This document shows, piece after piece, positions 51,519-62,317 of a stretch of DNA of 64,000 nucleotides (its first letter is position 1; every line of letters begins with the position of its first letter). A model generated the notes under the pieces. That model was given only the letters and a program-made list of their open reading frames with translations, was not told where the DNA came from and did not search any database. The position numbers and the translations under genes were made by a program. Source of the DNA: Nitrosopumilus sp. (GTDB lineage: Archaea > Thermoproteota > Nitrososphaeria > Nitrososphaerales > Nitrosopumilaceae); NCBI GenBank assembly GCA_965205675.1, contig OZ242186.1, positions 1-64,000 of the forward strand, in the 5' to 3' direction.

Positions 51519-52040
51519 TTGTTCATGAAACCTTTCATTCTTTGGATGACTGGTCTTCCTTGTTCAGGAAAGACTACAATCGTAAAAGATTTACAAAAAG
51601 ATATTCCAAACTTGGCAATGCTTGATGGTGATGAACTAAGAGAATGGTTATCTCCAAAAGATTTCTCAAAAGCTGGACGTGATGAACACAACAAAAAAGT
51701 CGCTCATTTGGCAAAGCTCTTGTTAAAACACGATGTTCCAAGTGCAGTGTCTCTTGTATCTCCATATCTTGAGAACAGAGAAAATGCTAGAGAGATTATT
51801 GATGTAGGTAATCAGTTTGCAGAATGTTATGTAAAATGCTCACTTGAAAAATGTGAAGAAAGAGATGTTAAAGGTATGTATGCTAAAGCAAGAAAAGGAG
51901 AAATCAAAGGATTTACAGGAATCGATGATCCTTATGAGGCTCCAGAAAAAGCAGATTTAGTAGTTGATACAGAATATAACTCACTTTCAGATAGTGCAAA
52001 CAAAGTAAAGGATTTCCTCAAAGGAAGAAACCTACTCTAA
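51519..52040 (+). CDS. cysC: Adenylyl-sulfate kinase
   Basis: TGLPCSGKTT, LDGD, RDVKGMY, FTGIDDPYE. Confidence 0.96.
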   Translation: MFMKPFILWMTGLPCSGKTTIVKDLQKDIPNLAMLDGDELREWLSPKDFSKAGRDEHNKKVAHLAKLLLKHDVPSAVSLVSPYLENRENAREIIDVGNQFAECYVKCSLEKCEERDVKGMYAKARKGEIKGFTGIDDPYEAPEKADLVVDTEYNSLSDSANKVKDFLKGRNLL

Positions 52041-52847
52041 TTTTTTAAATTCTTCAACTATTTTATCATGAACTAATCCATTTGTTACTAAAATTCCATT
52101 TTGATGACACACATCTTTATTGTTATATGTAATATCGTTTCCTGACATGTCAGTCATTTTTCCACCAGCTTCTGAAATTATACAATATGAAGCAGCCGAA
52201 TCCCACTCTTTCATTTTATTTGTAGTTGTAATGTATGCTTCAGCTTCTCCCGAACTAATCTTTCCAACTTTTAATGAACTTCCAATACTTGCAAAATTTT
52301 CAATACCTAATTTTTTAATAAATAATTTTTCTCTGTCTGATAAATGATGTCTTGAACCAATAGTTCTGCATTTAGAAATTTCTGAAATCTGAGTTACAGA
52401 AATTTTATTCCATTTACCATTTGAAAATCTAAACGCCCCATTTTCTTTTTGTGCAGCAAACAATGTTTTTTCTGTAGGCCAGCTAATTACTCCTAGAATT
52501 GGTTTATTGTTTTTGATTAATGCAATCATCACTGTAAATTCTCCGGTTTTATCAATGAAATCCGAAGTTCCATCCAAGGGATCTACAATCCAAATTGTAT
52601 CTTGTGACAACCTACTTAGATCATCTTTATCCTCCTCAGATAGAATCTGATGTTTTGTTTGAGATAAAATTCTTTTAATAATTTCATTACTCTTTAAATC
52701 TGCATCTGTTACTGGGGAATCATCATTTTTTATAGATGTTTTATAATCACTATTGTAAATCTCCAAAATTCCATCTCCCGCCTCTTTTGCAGCCTGGATT
52801 GCAACATCCAGTTCTGGAATCTTATGAGAAATTGGAATATCTTTCAA
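52032..52847 (-). CDS. cysQ: 3'(2'),5'-bisphosphate nucleotidase
   Basis: SPVTDAD, SEE, WIVDPLDGT, GSSLK, EWD. Confidence 0.93.
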   Translation of the reverse strand: MKDIPISHKIPELDVAIQAAKEAGDGILEIYNSDYKTSIKNDDSPVTDADLKSNEIIKRILSQTKHQILSEEDKDDLSRLSQDTIWIVDPLDGTSDFIDKTGEFTVMIALIKNNKPILGVISWPTEKTLFAAQKENGAFRFSNGKWNKISVTQISEISKCRTIGSRHHLSDREKLFIKKLGIENFASIGSSLKVGKISSGEAEAYITTTNKMKEWDSAASYCIISEAGGKMTDMSGNDITYNNKDVCHQNGILVTNGLVHDKIVEEFKKLE

Positions 52848-52856
52848 TTGAAATAC

Positions 52857-53063
52857 CTAAGTTGTAAGTTCTGGTTTTAGTGTCCAGACAACTCCTAGAA
52901 CAATGAATGGAATTGACATTACTCCTATGATGGCAAGTAGTGTATTGAATTGTGTTTCTGATACTTCAGGATTATTTACTATCCAAGGCAATGGCAATGT
53001 AATTACTATCCAAATAATTCCTAAAAGCATGATTAATTTTGCCTTGGATTTTCTATCTTTCAT
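52857..53063 (-). CDS. Small membrane protein
   Basis: Two TM helices. Confidence 0.65.
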   Translation of the reverse strand: MKDRKSKAKLIMLLGIIWIVITLPLPWIVNNPEVSETQFNTLLAIIGVMSIPFIVLGVVWTLKPELTT

Positions 53064-53140
53064 CAGTTTTTCTCCTTTAGAGTTGTATTAAATTCATGTG
53101 AATTCATTTTATTGATTTTTCACATCTACTGTAAGAATTG

Positions 53141-53274
53141 TATAGTGAAAAGACAAAGTTTGTGAACTAAATAATTCCAAGAAACTGAATCAGTTGATTT
53201 TATCTAAAGATAAGTAGTAATAAATAAATTGTAACATCTGAGAAATAACTCACAAACTTGTAATTCTCGCTATA
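53141..53274. mobile_element. MITE family 2, copy b (inverted relative to copy a)
   Basis: 53233-53276 matches 45490-45533 at 38/44 on the opposite strand; shared internal AAATAATT..AATCAGTTGAT. Confidence 0.78.
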
Positions 53275-53624
53275 TACCTATAGTCCAAATGCATCCTCTA
53301 ATGCAAAACACAATACTATTTTGCATATCTCTTCAAAATACTTGTTTGGAAGTATTACTGCAAAAATTTCAGATAATAATTAAATTTGTTTTAACCAGTT
53401 AATTTGTATTTGATTTTTCACAATACAATATGTTTTCACAAGTAAAAAAGACAAATAAGATCATATTAAAATATTGGATAAACTATTTTTCTTTATTGAA
53501 ATTTTGCCCAACATGTAGTTCTAGCTTGACTAGAAAAAATAAATGCATGTGTAATGCTGATATTGATTTATCTATTAATGAGAAAAGTAATTCAAATTAA
53601 TCTTAATTAATCTTATTCATCATC

Positions 53625-54037
53625 ATTTCCTTTTGAAAAAGAAAAATATTATGAACAAGGATTCATTCGAAAACAAATTGGGCATCTACAATGGGGAATA
53701 AGTCATAACAAAGAAGGAAATTATTGAGTCATCATTAAAAATAAGAGTAATATCAATACTTATGATGATAGAATAGAAAAAGATGGACTTTACCGATAAT
53801 ACTGGTCAAGGATTATCTGGTGATCAAAGTTATGCCAATGCCAATAATTCTGGATTAAAAAATGCAGCATCAAAAGGACAAAAAATACATTTGTTTTGGC
53901 AAGACAATCAAAATAGCAATTACAAGTATATTGGAATAGTCAAAGTAGTAAAAGCAGATGATGGCGGTGAAAAACAGCGTGAGTAAGATGATTATCCAAG
54001 AACCGTAACTATCTTCACTTTGGAGCCTGTAAACTAA
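53625..54037 (+). pseudogene. SRA-like (modified-base reader) domain pseudogene
   Basis: QWGI..YDD..TGQGLSGDQ..N..L..IHLF..YKYIG across a stop and a frameshift. Confidence 0.6.
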
Positions 54038-54072
54038 TCATCTTTTTTATTCTCTTAACTTATAGAGATCAT

Positions 54073-54933
54073 ATGCAAAATACAATAGCAATTATTTGTG
54101 ATTGTGATGATACTTTAGCGCCTGATACTACTAGTTTACTTTTAGAAAATAACGGAATTGATATCAAATCTTTTTGGAATAAGAACATTTCAAAACAAGT
54201 GAAACAAGGTTGGGATCCTCCAATCGCTTGGATGACAGCGATTGTAGATATGATGAAAACGGGGAAAATAAAGCAAAATACAAATAGAAAATTAGCTGAT
54301 TTTGGAAAAAATATCAAACCATACGAAGGAGTTACAAAATTTATTCCTGAATTAAAAAAAACTATCAGTAAAAATAGTGATTTTGTTGATGTAGGAATAA
54401 AATTAGAATCATATATCATCTCATCTGGTATTGAGGACATCATTAAAGGAAGTTCATTGAATAAACAATTTGATGATATTTTTGCAGGTAGGTTCTTAGA
54501 AGATCCTAAAAATAAAAAAATTACTGGAATCAAATCCAGTGTCACATTTACAGAAAAAACAAAATTTCTCTATGCAATTAACAAAGGTATCACTGGTGAT
54601 GTTTTAAGAAAATCTCCTTATAGTGTAAATGATTCAATTTCAAAAGAAAATCGTAGAGTTCCTTTTGAGTACATGATCTATTTAGGAGATGGACCTAGTG
54701 ATATTCCATGTTTTTCTGCCATTAAAGAAAATGGAGGAAATTGTATTGGAATTATTGAAAAAGAAACTGCTCATAAAGGATATCAACTTGCAAGAGGAAA
54801 ACGAACCACAGTAGGACCATATTCACAAAATTATAAAAAAAATAGTGATTTGTATATGGTTTTAGAAACTATCATTAAAAAAATAGGATATAATATTGTA
54901 GATAAACAACAAAGAAAACAAACTATTGTCTAA
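54073..54933 (+). CDS. HAD-superfamily hydrolase
   Basis: DCDDTL motif I, ISSG motif II, K, YLGDGPSD motif IV. Confidence 0.88.
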   Translation: MQNTIAIICDCDDTLAPDTTSLLLENNGIDIKSFWNKNISKQVKQGWDPPIAWMTAIVDMMKTGKIKQNTNRKLADFGKNIKPYEGVTKFIPELKKTISKNSDFVDVGIKLESYIISSGIEDIIKGSSLNKQFDDIFAGRFLEDPKNKKITGIKSSVTFTEKTKFLYAINKGITGDVLRKSPYSVNDSISKENRRVPFEYMIYLGDGPSDIPCFSAIKENGGNCIGIIEKETAHKGYQLARGKRTTVGPYSQNYKKNSDLYMVLETIIKKIGYNIVDKQQRKQTIV

Positions 54934-54959
54934 TTTTGTGGAACAATTTCTAAAATTGA

Positions 54960-55892
54960 ATGCTGAACATTAAATCATAGTCTATTCTTTATCATTTTTT
55001 CAATTTCAAGAGGTTGCTTTTTTGCGATATTTTCCTTGCCTCTTGATTGATTCTTCTTTTCCAAATAGTTTATAATCTTCAAAATTTGCCTCAAAATTTC
55101 CATCTAATCCAGTATCTACTTTGGAAATAGTTCCATACCCCCAGAAATAATGCGTTCCATCTATTTTGTCATACCAAACTGCTTTTGCTTTTTCTACCAC
55201 TTTTTTGTAATTTGGATTATGAGGAAAATGATAAATTTTTCCACTAGGATCATCCTCATATGGATTATTTTTAGATTTGTGTCTAAATAGTAAATGATAA
55301 GGAACTTTTTCAGGCGACAATTTTCCTGATTTGAATTCTCCAACATTTTTACATAATCTGGTAGTTATTCAGGAAGTTCTTGGCTTGTAATATTTGAAAT
55401 TATAATTAGTTTTCTTAATTCATTCCTACCGTCATCTACAAGAATCCATTTTTCTGCATTAGGATATACTTTATCAAAACCTAATGGAGTATTTCTTCCT
55501 CCTAATTTTCCGCCATGGCAAATGAAAATATTATTGTCACACTATCTTTGACAAATGCCCTATCACATTGTCTGTTGATTCCTTTCATTGAGGGATTAAT
55601 GTCTAGAACAATGTTATTATTTTTGCCCCAATTTGGTTCATCGATTCCAAAACAATTCCAAAATCTAGGTACAGATACTTCAGGAAGATCATATGTGTAC
55701 CACCATAGATTATCTTTTGAAATAAAATCAACACTATCATCTACATTTTTTTCAGGTCATGGAAATCCAATAATTATTTTATTCCGTTCTGTTGTATGTT
55801 TTTTTAAATTATCTAAAAATATTTTTAGTGGCATTTTGAAGTTCTTTTTCATCTTCTAAGACAAAATATTTTTGATTTTGTTTATTCATCAT
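54960..55892 (-). pseudogene. Fragmented multi-domain restriction-type gene
   Basis: Segments RFWNCFG..IVLDINP..GINRQ..AFVKD and YED..YHF..WYD..YFWGYGTI (PUA/EVE-like) separated by stops; begins right after the helicase stop. Confidence 0.5.
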
Positions 55893-55893
55893 C

Positions 55894-58800
55894 TTAATTT
55901 CCATTTTCCTTTGCATCACAAATTGAGGCATAATCACATCTACCACATTTTCTAAACTCTGGTTTTGCATCAAACTCTTCATTAAAAATTGATTCAATCT
56001 TGCCACTTAGGCTTTTTTTGAATTCATTTAATTTTTCTTCCTCGATAAAATGAGGTACTAGTTTGTTGTCCTTTATGTAAAACAAAGATGTTTTCTTTGG
56101 TAGTTTCCCATAGAGTTTCTCTGTTCCCAAAGCATAGATATTCATCTGAACATCTTCTTTGATTGTATTTTTTGTCTTGTATGCATAACCTGTTTTAAAA
56201 TCAATTACTTCATATTCTCCATCTGGAGTCATATCCACTCTGTCAATTTTACCTGAAATTGTTACATTATTTAGTTTGATTTTGAATTTCGACTCTACAT
56301 CAACTGGAGTGTTAGGATTTTTTTCTGCCCACTCAAGATATGTCTTTACCATCTCTTTTGATTTGTCTTTATCTTGAGTCTCTTTGGTTCTTTGATTTCT
56401 ATAAGATGATGTATCCCACTGTTTATCTAAAATTTCAAGTGCTATTTTTTCAGTAGGAACTTTGCCCTCTTTTTGCATTTTGGTCATATTTTCTGCTACT
56501 ATGTGTATTGCAGTACCCACCCCAAAGTATGGCTTTGAAGGAGTAGGGACTCTCAACACATGCTGGAATTTAAATTGCAAAGGACATTCCTCGTAGGTTT
56601 GAATTTTTGATGGACTGAGTCGAAAGTTTTCTTTTTTGATTAGAGGTATTGATTTTTGATATAATTCAGAGTCAATATGAGAATTTTCAGGCGTGATTTC
56701 AAGGATTTTTGCAGGATCAAAATCATCTAAACTCTTGAATTCCTCAAAATGTTTGATTTTTGCCAAATCAATAATTTTCTGGATTGCTGTTTTGAGATTC
56801 ATTTGATTAATTGAATTAACTGCAATTTCTTGATGTTCTTGTTTTAATTGTTCTAGATGATCACCTTGTGCTAGCTGTACATCTGTAGTTGATGTAAATT
56901 CTTCAAATTCAATTAATTCATTTTCCTTAAACTTTAATTCTTCCAAGAATGAAGATGGTTTGGCTTCGGTTTTTCTGTTCTCATAGTTTTGTGCATATGT
57001 AATGTATAGATGACTTTTGGCTCTAGTCATTGCAACATAGAGTAGTCGTTTTTCATCTAAGAGATGAAGTGTTTTCTCATCTGTAGTTCTAACTAATCCC
57101 TCTGCTAAATCTTTTGGCACATAAAATTTCTTAGTTCTTACACGTAATGGTAATTTGTCTTTTGCAGCATCAACTACAAATACAATTTGAAATTCTTTTC
57201 CTTTACTTTGGTGAATGGTAGTTACAAGAATACTGTCTTCTTCTTCTAGTTTTTCAGGTAGTTCCAAATCAAATCTAAATAGATAATTCAGATAGGAAAT
57301 AAAATCGGTAAGACTTTCATCAGGGTATAATGTCTCATATTCTAGTGCATAATTGTAAATTTCTTTGAGTAAAATTCGGTTTACTCTATTCTTAATAGAG
57401 TCATCTTGAATTGATTTTTTGTATAATCCAGAAATTGACATTAAAATTTTATAAATAATGTCACTAGGTCTATCTCTTGATAATTTAGATAAACTTGATA
57501 AAATATCTACAAATTCTAAAATTTCTTTTTTCTGTGTAGTATCTTGACTTGCAATTTCTTGCAAGGATTTTAACACATAATCCACTCCTGGATTATCATC
57601 ATCAGATATTTTCTCACCATAGTGATTAATTTTGGCAATGTTGTATTCTGTTATTCCATGATTTTTTAATAATCTTGTAATTTCTCTACCTGCATTTGCA
57701 GGGCAATTTACCACAGCAAGATATGCCATCACATCTTTGACTATGGGGGTTGCAAAGAGATTATCAGAACCTACAAAATCTGCAGGTAATCCATGAGCTT
57801 TGAGAGATTTGACAAATTTTACGCCTGATTTTCGACTCCTAGCAAGAATTGCAATATCTCCATATGATATTGTCCCTTCAATTCCATCTTCTCGAACTAT
57901 TGGTTTTCCAAGTAGTTTTTTTATATTTTTTACAACATATTCAACTTCGGCGTTTTCATCAGAACATGCACATACTTTGATTTTCTCGCCTTCAATGTTT
58001 TTAGAAAATAATTTCTTTGTTTGACGCTCTTCAATATTTGAAACTAGAGTGCTTGCTAGATTTACAATATTTTGTGTACTACGATAATTTTGATCAAGAT
58101 TTATAATTTTTGTATTCTTAAAATATTCTTCAAAATCATCAAAATTTTTCATATATGCTCCTTGGAATCGAAATATGGATTGATCATCATCACCTACTGC
58201 CGTTACATTCCCATTATCTGAAATTAGTTTGACTAGTTTTAGTTGTGCAAAGTTGTTATCTTGAAATTCATCAACTAGAATGTGTTTGTATTTTTTTTGT
58301 AGTTTTTGCTGAACCAATGGTTTTGATTTAACAAGGTTAACTGTCTCAACTATAATATCATTAAAATCAATCACACTTTTGGCACCCCAGAACTCTTGAT
58401 ATTTTACATAAACACTACACAAATCACTTAATCTATTTATCAAATCTTGCTCTTCATCATCTAATTCTTGAGAATTTTTTGAATCAAGGTATTTGTTTAG
58501 AGATTCCGGCGAGATTAATTCATCTTTGAATGTTCTTATCCCATCAATGATTGCTCGGATTAAATCTTCAGCATTATTTCCTATTGTAACATGTTGAAAA
58601 TTAAATGAATCAATATTTTTAAGACCCCATGCTAGTTGAGCAGATCTTTTGATTACACCTGATGAAATGTTTATTCCTGATTCTAGTACATTGTCTTCTA
58701 GAACTGATTTTGCAAAAGAGTGAAAAGTACTAGTTTCTACATCTGTAATGTCTTGACTTTCTAACCTTTGAGCCATTTCTTCAGTTGCTTTTTTGGTAAA

Positions 58801-58959
58801 AGTGAGACAAAGAATTTCTGATGGCTTTATTCCTGAATTTACTAGATGAAGAATTCTTTCAATGATCACTCTGGTTTTTCCACTGCCTGGACCTGCAACA
58901 ATTAGTAATGGTGAATCTGAATGTTTTACTGCTAATTGCTGTGATGTATTTAATTCCAT
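55894..58959 (-). CDS. UvrD/PcrA SF1 helicase fused to a PD-(D/E)XK nuclease with a 4-Cys cluster
   Basis: AGPGSGKT, VDEFQD, GDDDQSIFRF, NYRS, TIHQSKGKEF, YVAMTRA; SPSK..CP, GKIDRVD..IDFKT, Q..Y, CGRCDYASIC. Confidence 0.93.
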   Translation of the reverse strand: MELNTSQQLAVKHSDSPLLIVAGPGSGKTRVIIERILHLVNSGIKPSEILCLTFTKKATEEMAQRLESQDITDVETSTFHSFAKSVLEDNVLESGINISSGVIKRSAQLAWGLKNIDSFNFQHVTIGNNAEDLIRAIIDGIRTFKDELISPESLNKYLDSKNSQELDDEEQDLINRLSDLCSVYVKYQEFWGAKSVIDFNDIIVETVNLVKSKPLVQQKLQKKYKHILVDEFQDNNFAQLKLVKLISDNGNVTAVGDDDQSIFRFQGAYMKNFDDFEEYFKNTKIINLDQNYRSTQNIVNLASTLVSNIEERQTKKLFSKNIEGEKIKVCACSDENAEVEYVVKNIKKLLGKPIVREDGIEGTISYGDIAILARSRKSGVKFVKSLKAHGLPADFVGSDNLFATPIVKDVMAYLAVVNCPANAGREITRLLKNHGITEYNIAKINHYGEKISDDDNPGVDYVLKSLQEIASQDTTQKKEILEFVDILSSLSKLSRDRPSDIIYKILMSISGLYKKSIQDDSIKNRVNRILLKEIYNYALEYETLYPDESLTDFISYLNYLFRFDLELPEKLEEEDSILVTTIHQSKGKEFQIVFVVDAAKDKLPLRVRTKKFYVPKDLAEGLVRTTDEKTLHLLDEKRLLYVAMTRAKSHLYITYAQNYENRKTEAKPSSFLEELKFKENELIEFEEFTSTTDVQLAQGDHLEQLKQEHQEIAVNSINQMNLKTAIQKIIDLAKIKHFEEFKSLDDFDPAKILEITPENSHIDSELYQKSIPLIKKENFRLSPSKIQTYEECPLQFKFQHVLRVPTPSKPYFGVGTAIHIVAENMTKMQKEGKVPTEKIALEILDKQWDTSSYRNQRTKETQDKDKSKEMVKTYLEWAEKNPNTPVDVESKFKIKLNNVTISGKIDRVDMTPDGEYEVIDFKTGYAYKTKNTIKEDVQMNIYALGTEKLYGKLPKKTSLFYIKDNKLVPHFIEEEKLNEFKKSLSGKIESIFNEEFDAKPEFRKCGRCDYASICDAKENGN

Positions 58960-59269
58960 AGAATTCTCTTTGATATGTTCATAATGTAAGAATTATGTTT
59001 AATTTTAGTCGTAAAATTGATGAAATATGCATATCTATTCGGTAAATTGTTTTAATTCCTCTTTTCTTCCTTTAGATTCAAATTCTTTTGACAGTTCTTT
59101 AATTATATGAGACTTGGGCATAACTAATTCTAATTTTTGAGTCAATTCTCAAATTATTCAAATAGAAAAAGCTAAGGATCTGTACAATATCATTTCATTG
59201 CAACTTCCTGTTCTAAAAATCCCCAACAACATAAGGTATAATCATTCCTTATTGGTGTGTTACATTTGG

Positions 59270-60248
59270 TGGGACTGTTGTCTTTGTATGAGGAGATACT
59301 GAAACCTGGTAAGACCGTACGTGTACTCTACAATTCTGATGGTACAGCTGTTTATCATAAAGTCATGGATGAGAATTCCAAGCAATAACACATTATATCA
59401 TTTCCTTTCGACTAGAGGTACTGATGATAAATTGTTCAAGGTTTGCAGATTAACTCAAAATCCCAAATAGAAGAACAATTGACAGGTGATTCCAAGTTCT
59501 GCCAATTGGTGATATCGTTGGGACAATGGAAAGCCTGTTTGTATCAGAGAAACTAGTCGACGACATATCTGCATCAGTGGATAGTTCCATGCTAAAAGCT
59601 GCAGGATCCAGTATGGCACAAATCAGATATGAAAAAGAATGGAATTCCAATCTCAGGAATTGATACTGATGCCTTTGACTTTTTCAACCAAAGGGTTGGA
59701 TATTTGGATATAAACTACACATGAGTTGCAGTACTGGAAAATTATCAGTACCATTGTCTGCCAATGTTAGTACTGCAAATGTTCAGGACAACAAGATGTA
59801 TGAAATGCTAACTGAATCTCTTGCAGGATTAGTTGAGAATATTTTAGCAGATCCTGCATATGACAATGGTTCACTGCATCAATTTAGCAACAAGAAAAAT
59901 CTGAGACTAATTACTCCAATAAAACAATACCCGCATACGCCACCAGAGGGAATAAAACTCGTAGAGTTTTATAATTCTGTAATTAGTCAAGAGCTGTATG
60001 CAGATAGAAAAGTCTCAATTGAACCTCTATTTGAGTATCTCAAAGATATTTTTGACATCAGAGTATTGCCTGTAAAGGGATTGCACAATGTCAAATCATT
60101 TGTGTTGGTTTGTGTTCTTGTGTATCAGTTGATAGTATACTACAACTGTGCAATTAGGACAGAGAATCCAAGAATTGTAAAGAGAATGCTGTATTGCTAG
60201 AGAGATATTGGAAATTATTTTTGTAAATCATTATGTCCAAGTCTCGGG
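59270..60248 (+). pseudogene. DDE transposase remnant (IS982/IS5-like)
   Basis: SVDSSML, GWIFGYKLH, TANVQD, ADPAYD, RKVSIEPLF with frameshifts; ends approximate. Confidence 0.8.
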
Positions 60249-60288
60249 TACATAATCACCAATTTTTTTTATATTAGTAACTATAACC

Positions 60289-61231
60289 ATATGTGCCAAA
60301 ATCAGCTAGGAAATTAGATGGTACTTGCATTCGTATCAAGAAAGTAAGAAATGCAAACAAACACACTACCCTTCCTGAAAAAAAATATTTGATGTTTGTA
60401 GGATTGGATGTTCACAAGAACTCTGTACAGGTGGCAGCAGTAGATGAGATTGGCAAATTATTATTTAACAAAAAGATTTCCAGTGATTTTTCTGCTATTA
60501 GCAAAATTACATCCAAAATTCCAAAGAACGCAAAATATGTTTTAGAGTCATCATCTGTCTGGTATGGTTTGTACAGACACATGACAGGCAAATTACATCT
60601 TGATGTTGTATTATCAAATCCATACAACACAAAGATAATTGCCGCATCCCTCAAAAAGACCGATAACATTGATGTGTATCAACTTGCAAATCTGTTACGA
60701 GGAAGGTATTGCAGAATTATTTGTGTCAGATCATACTATTGTGTAATACAGACAGCTTGTAAGACATCGACACAAGATTATACGCGTTATTGTAAAGATG
60801 AAGAATTCCATACATGGCATTACACTACAGAAGGGAATCCATATTAAAGCGACATCCTTCTCCTCAACACATACGAGCCACTTGGAAATCTGAAAAGTTA
60901 CAGAATAGACTCGCATCTGCAAAGCATGGGATTTCACAAAAAAGAGGTTGCAAAAATAGATTCCATGATACGTCGTATGGTGATTGGAAATCATGATGTG
61001 CATATTTTGACATCGATACCTAGCGTTGGACTGCAAGTCGCGTTAGAATTTATGAGGGACAAGGCCTCGTCTGATAACTGCGAACAATCCTAATGAAAGG
61101 ATAAAGATAGCATTGAGAGAATAGTCTCGTATGGATACATGCCCGCATCTTTTGATTGTAATTCTTCTTTAACGAAAGCCATGCCCTAATGTTTAGAAAG
61201 AGAGGAAATGTATAAAACAATTCACATGGAT
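60289..61231 (+). mobile_element. Internally deleted, mosaic IS110 element (copy 2) with a variant right end
   Basis: 5' part near-identical to element A, truncated near 61031, followed by a homologous non-coding end containing TTCACATGGAT; end could extend to 61262. Confidence 0.8.
61035..61155 (+). ncRNA. Candidate bridge/seekRNA, variant C
   Basis: Conserved CGCGTT..TGAGG..CCTCG..ATAACYGCG frame and ATGGATA, with different loop sequences. Confidence 0.55.
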
Positions 61232-61424
61232 AATCATATGCTTCGGCTTTCGTTAGTAACTAGGCAATTCCAGCAGACAATTTCAATAATCTTTGAGTTT
61301 ATGGATTTAGTAATTTATAGTTCCATTAGCTAATAGTATAAATATTAAAAATTATACAAAAATTATTGTTTTTATGCAAATTTTCATACTAAATGTTAAA
61401 TACTTAAAGTTATTATAGTAATTA

Positions 61425-61557
61425 ATGTCGAAAGATATACTTCCTATCGACTGAACTTGCGTAGCCCCGCAGAACGAAAAAGGTAATCAGACGTTAAACG
61501 ACTGACAAATAGAGGAAATCTCTCAAAGTTCTGTAGCAAAGGGGTATACGCCTTTTT
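61425..61557 (+). ncRNA. Unassigned structured RNA with a 9-codon ORF at its 5' end
   Basis: GC-richer multi-stem fold, upstream TATA-like tract, T-run end. Confidence 0.5.
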
Positions 61558-61984
61558 AATTTTCTAAAATATCTACAGATACCGAACCTGTTGTTTCACT
61601 ATTTGGATTAATTGTAATTGAAAGAGTTTGCATTTCTGAAATTGTAATATTTCTCTTCCCATCATAATCCCATGTATAATATTCTGATATTCCAGTTTGA
61701 TGTTGTGTTCCAATTCGTTTAAAATCTTCAGCATATTCAAACGAATTTCCATTTAATGTAATTGACAAAACTTTTGGACTACTACCATTTGGAACAAAGC
61801 GAAAAAAATATTCGCCACTCTCAATTGTAAAAGTCGCAGTATATACTCCATCAACGTATACTTTGGGATCTGCAAGTGTTGCATGAAATACTATATTCTT
61901 TTTTTCTATTGGTTCATTTGATGAAAAACTGGCTAGAACAATTACAATGATTGTAAATATGGGAATTATTATTATTTTATTCAA
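61556..61984 (-). CDS. Exported/membrane-anchored hypothetical protein
   Basis: N-terminal hydrophobic anchor, beta-rich body. Confidence 0.75.
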   Translation of the reverse strand: MNKIIIIPIFTIIVIVLASFSSNEPIEKKNIVFHATLADPKVYVDGVYTATFTIESGEYFFRFVPNGSSPKVLSITLNGNSFEYAEDFKRIGTQHQTGISEYYTWDYDGKRNITISEMQTLSITINPNSETTGSVSVDILEN

Positions 61985-62068
61985 TAATATTTGTTTTAAA
62001 TTCCATTATAAAAATAAATTCTATCAATACGCTCAAGTCTGTAATTTATACATAATTTAAAAATGGAT

Positions 62069-62317
62069 TTAATTTGTAAAATGCTTTTTGATGGATTCAT
62101 GAGTGTTATCCACTTTGTCATTTTGTAATACTTTGCCTGCATCATCCATTATTGCTACTTGAAGAAACTTCTTGTGCAGGTCAATGCCCACAAACATGCC
62201 TTTCTTTGGTTTCTTCCTAATCTGTTTGTTTGTAATCTTTTTTGGAGCCGAGTATTTACGAACCTTGGAACTGCTAGACTCATTTTTTATGCTATCTGAT
62301 TTCCTTGCTTTCTTATT
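62069..62317 (-). pseudogene. Truncated IS110 transposase type B (N-terminus only)
   Basis: MFVGIDLHKKFLQVAIMD, then truncation; read in frame from the ATG at 62365. Confidence 0.85.

Noticed and set aside
60277-60288. GTAACTATAAC resembles the 23S rRNA / I-CeuI site
   Set aside because: Only about 11 nt match and there is no other rRNA similarity
61452-61505. TGA read-through as selenocysteine, or a hammerhead/pistol ribozyme core
   Set aside because: No Sec machinery is known for this lineage or seen here; ribozyme consensus bases are missing (CTGACAA rather than CUGANGA)
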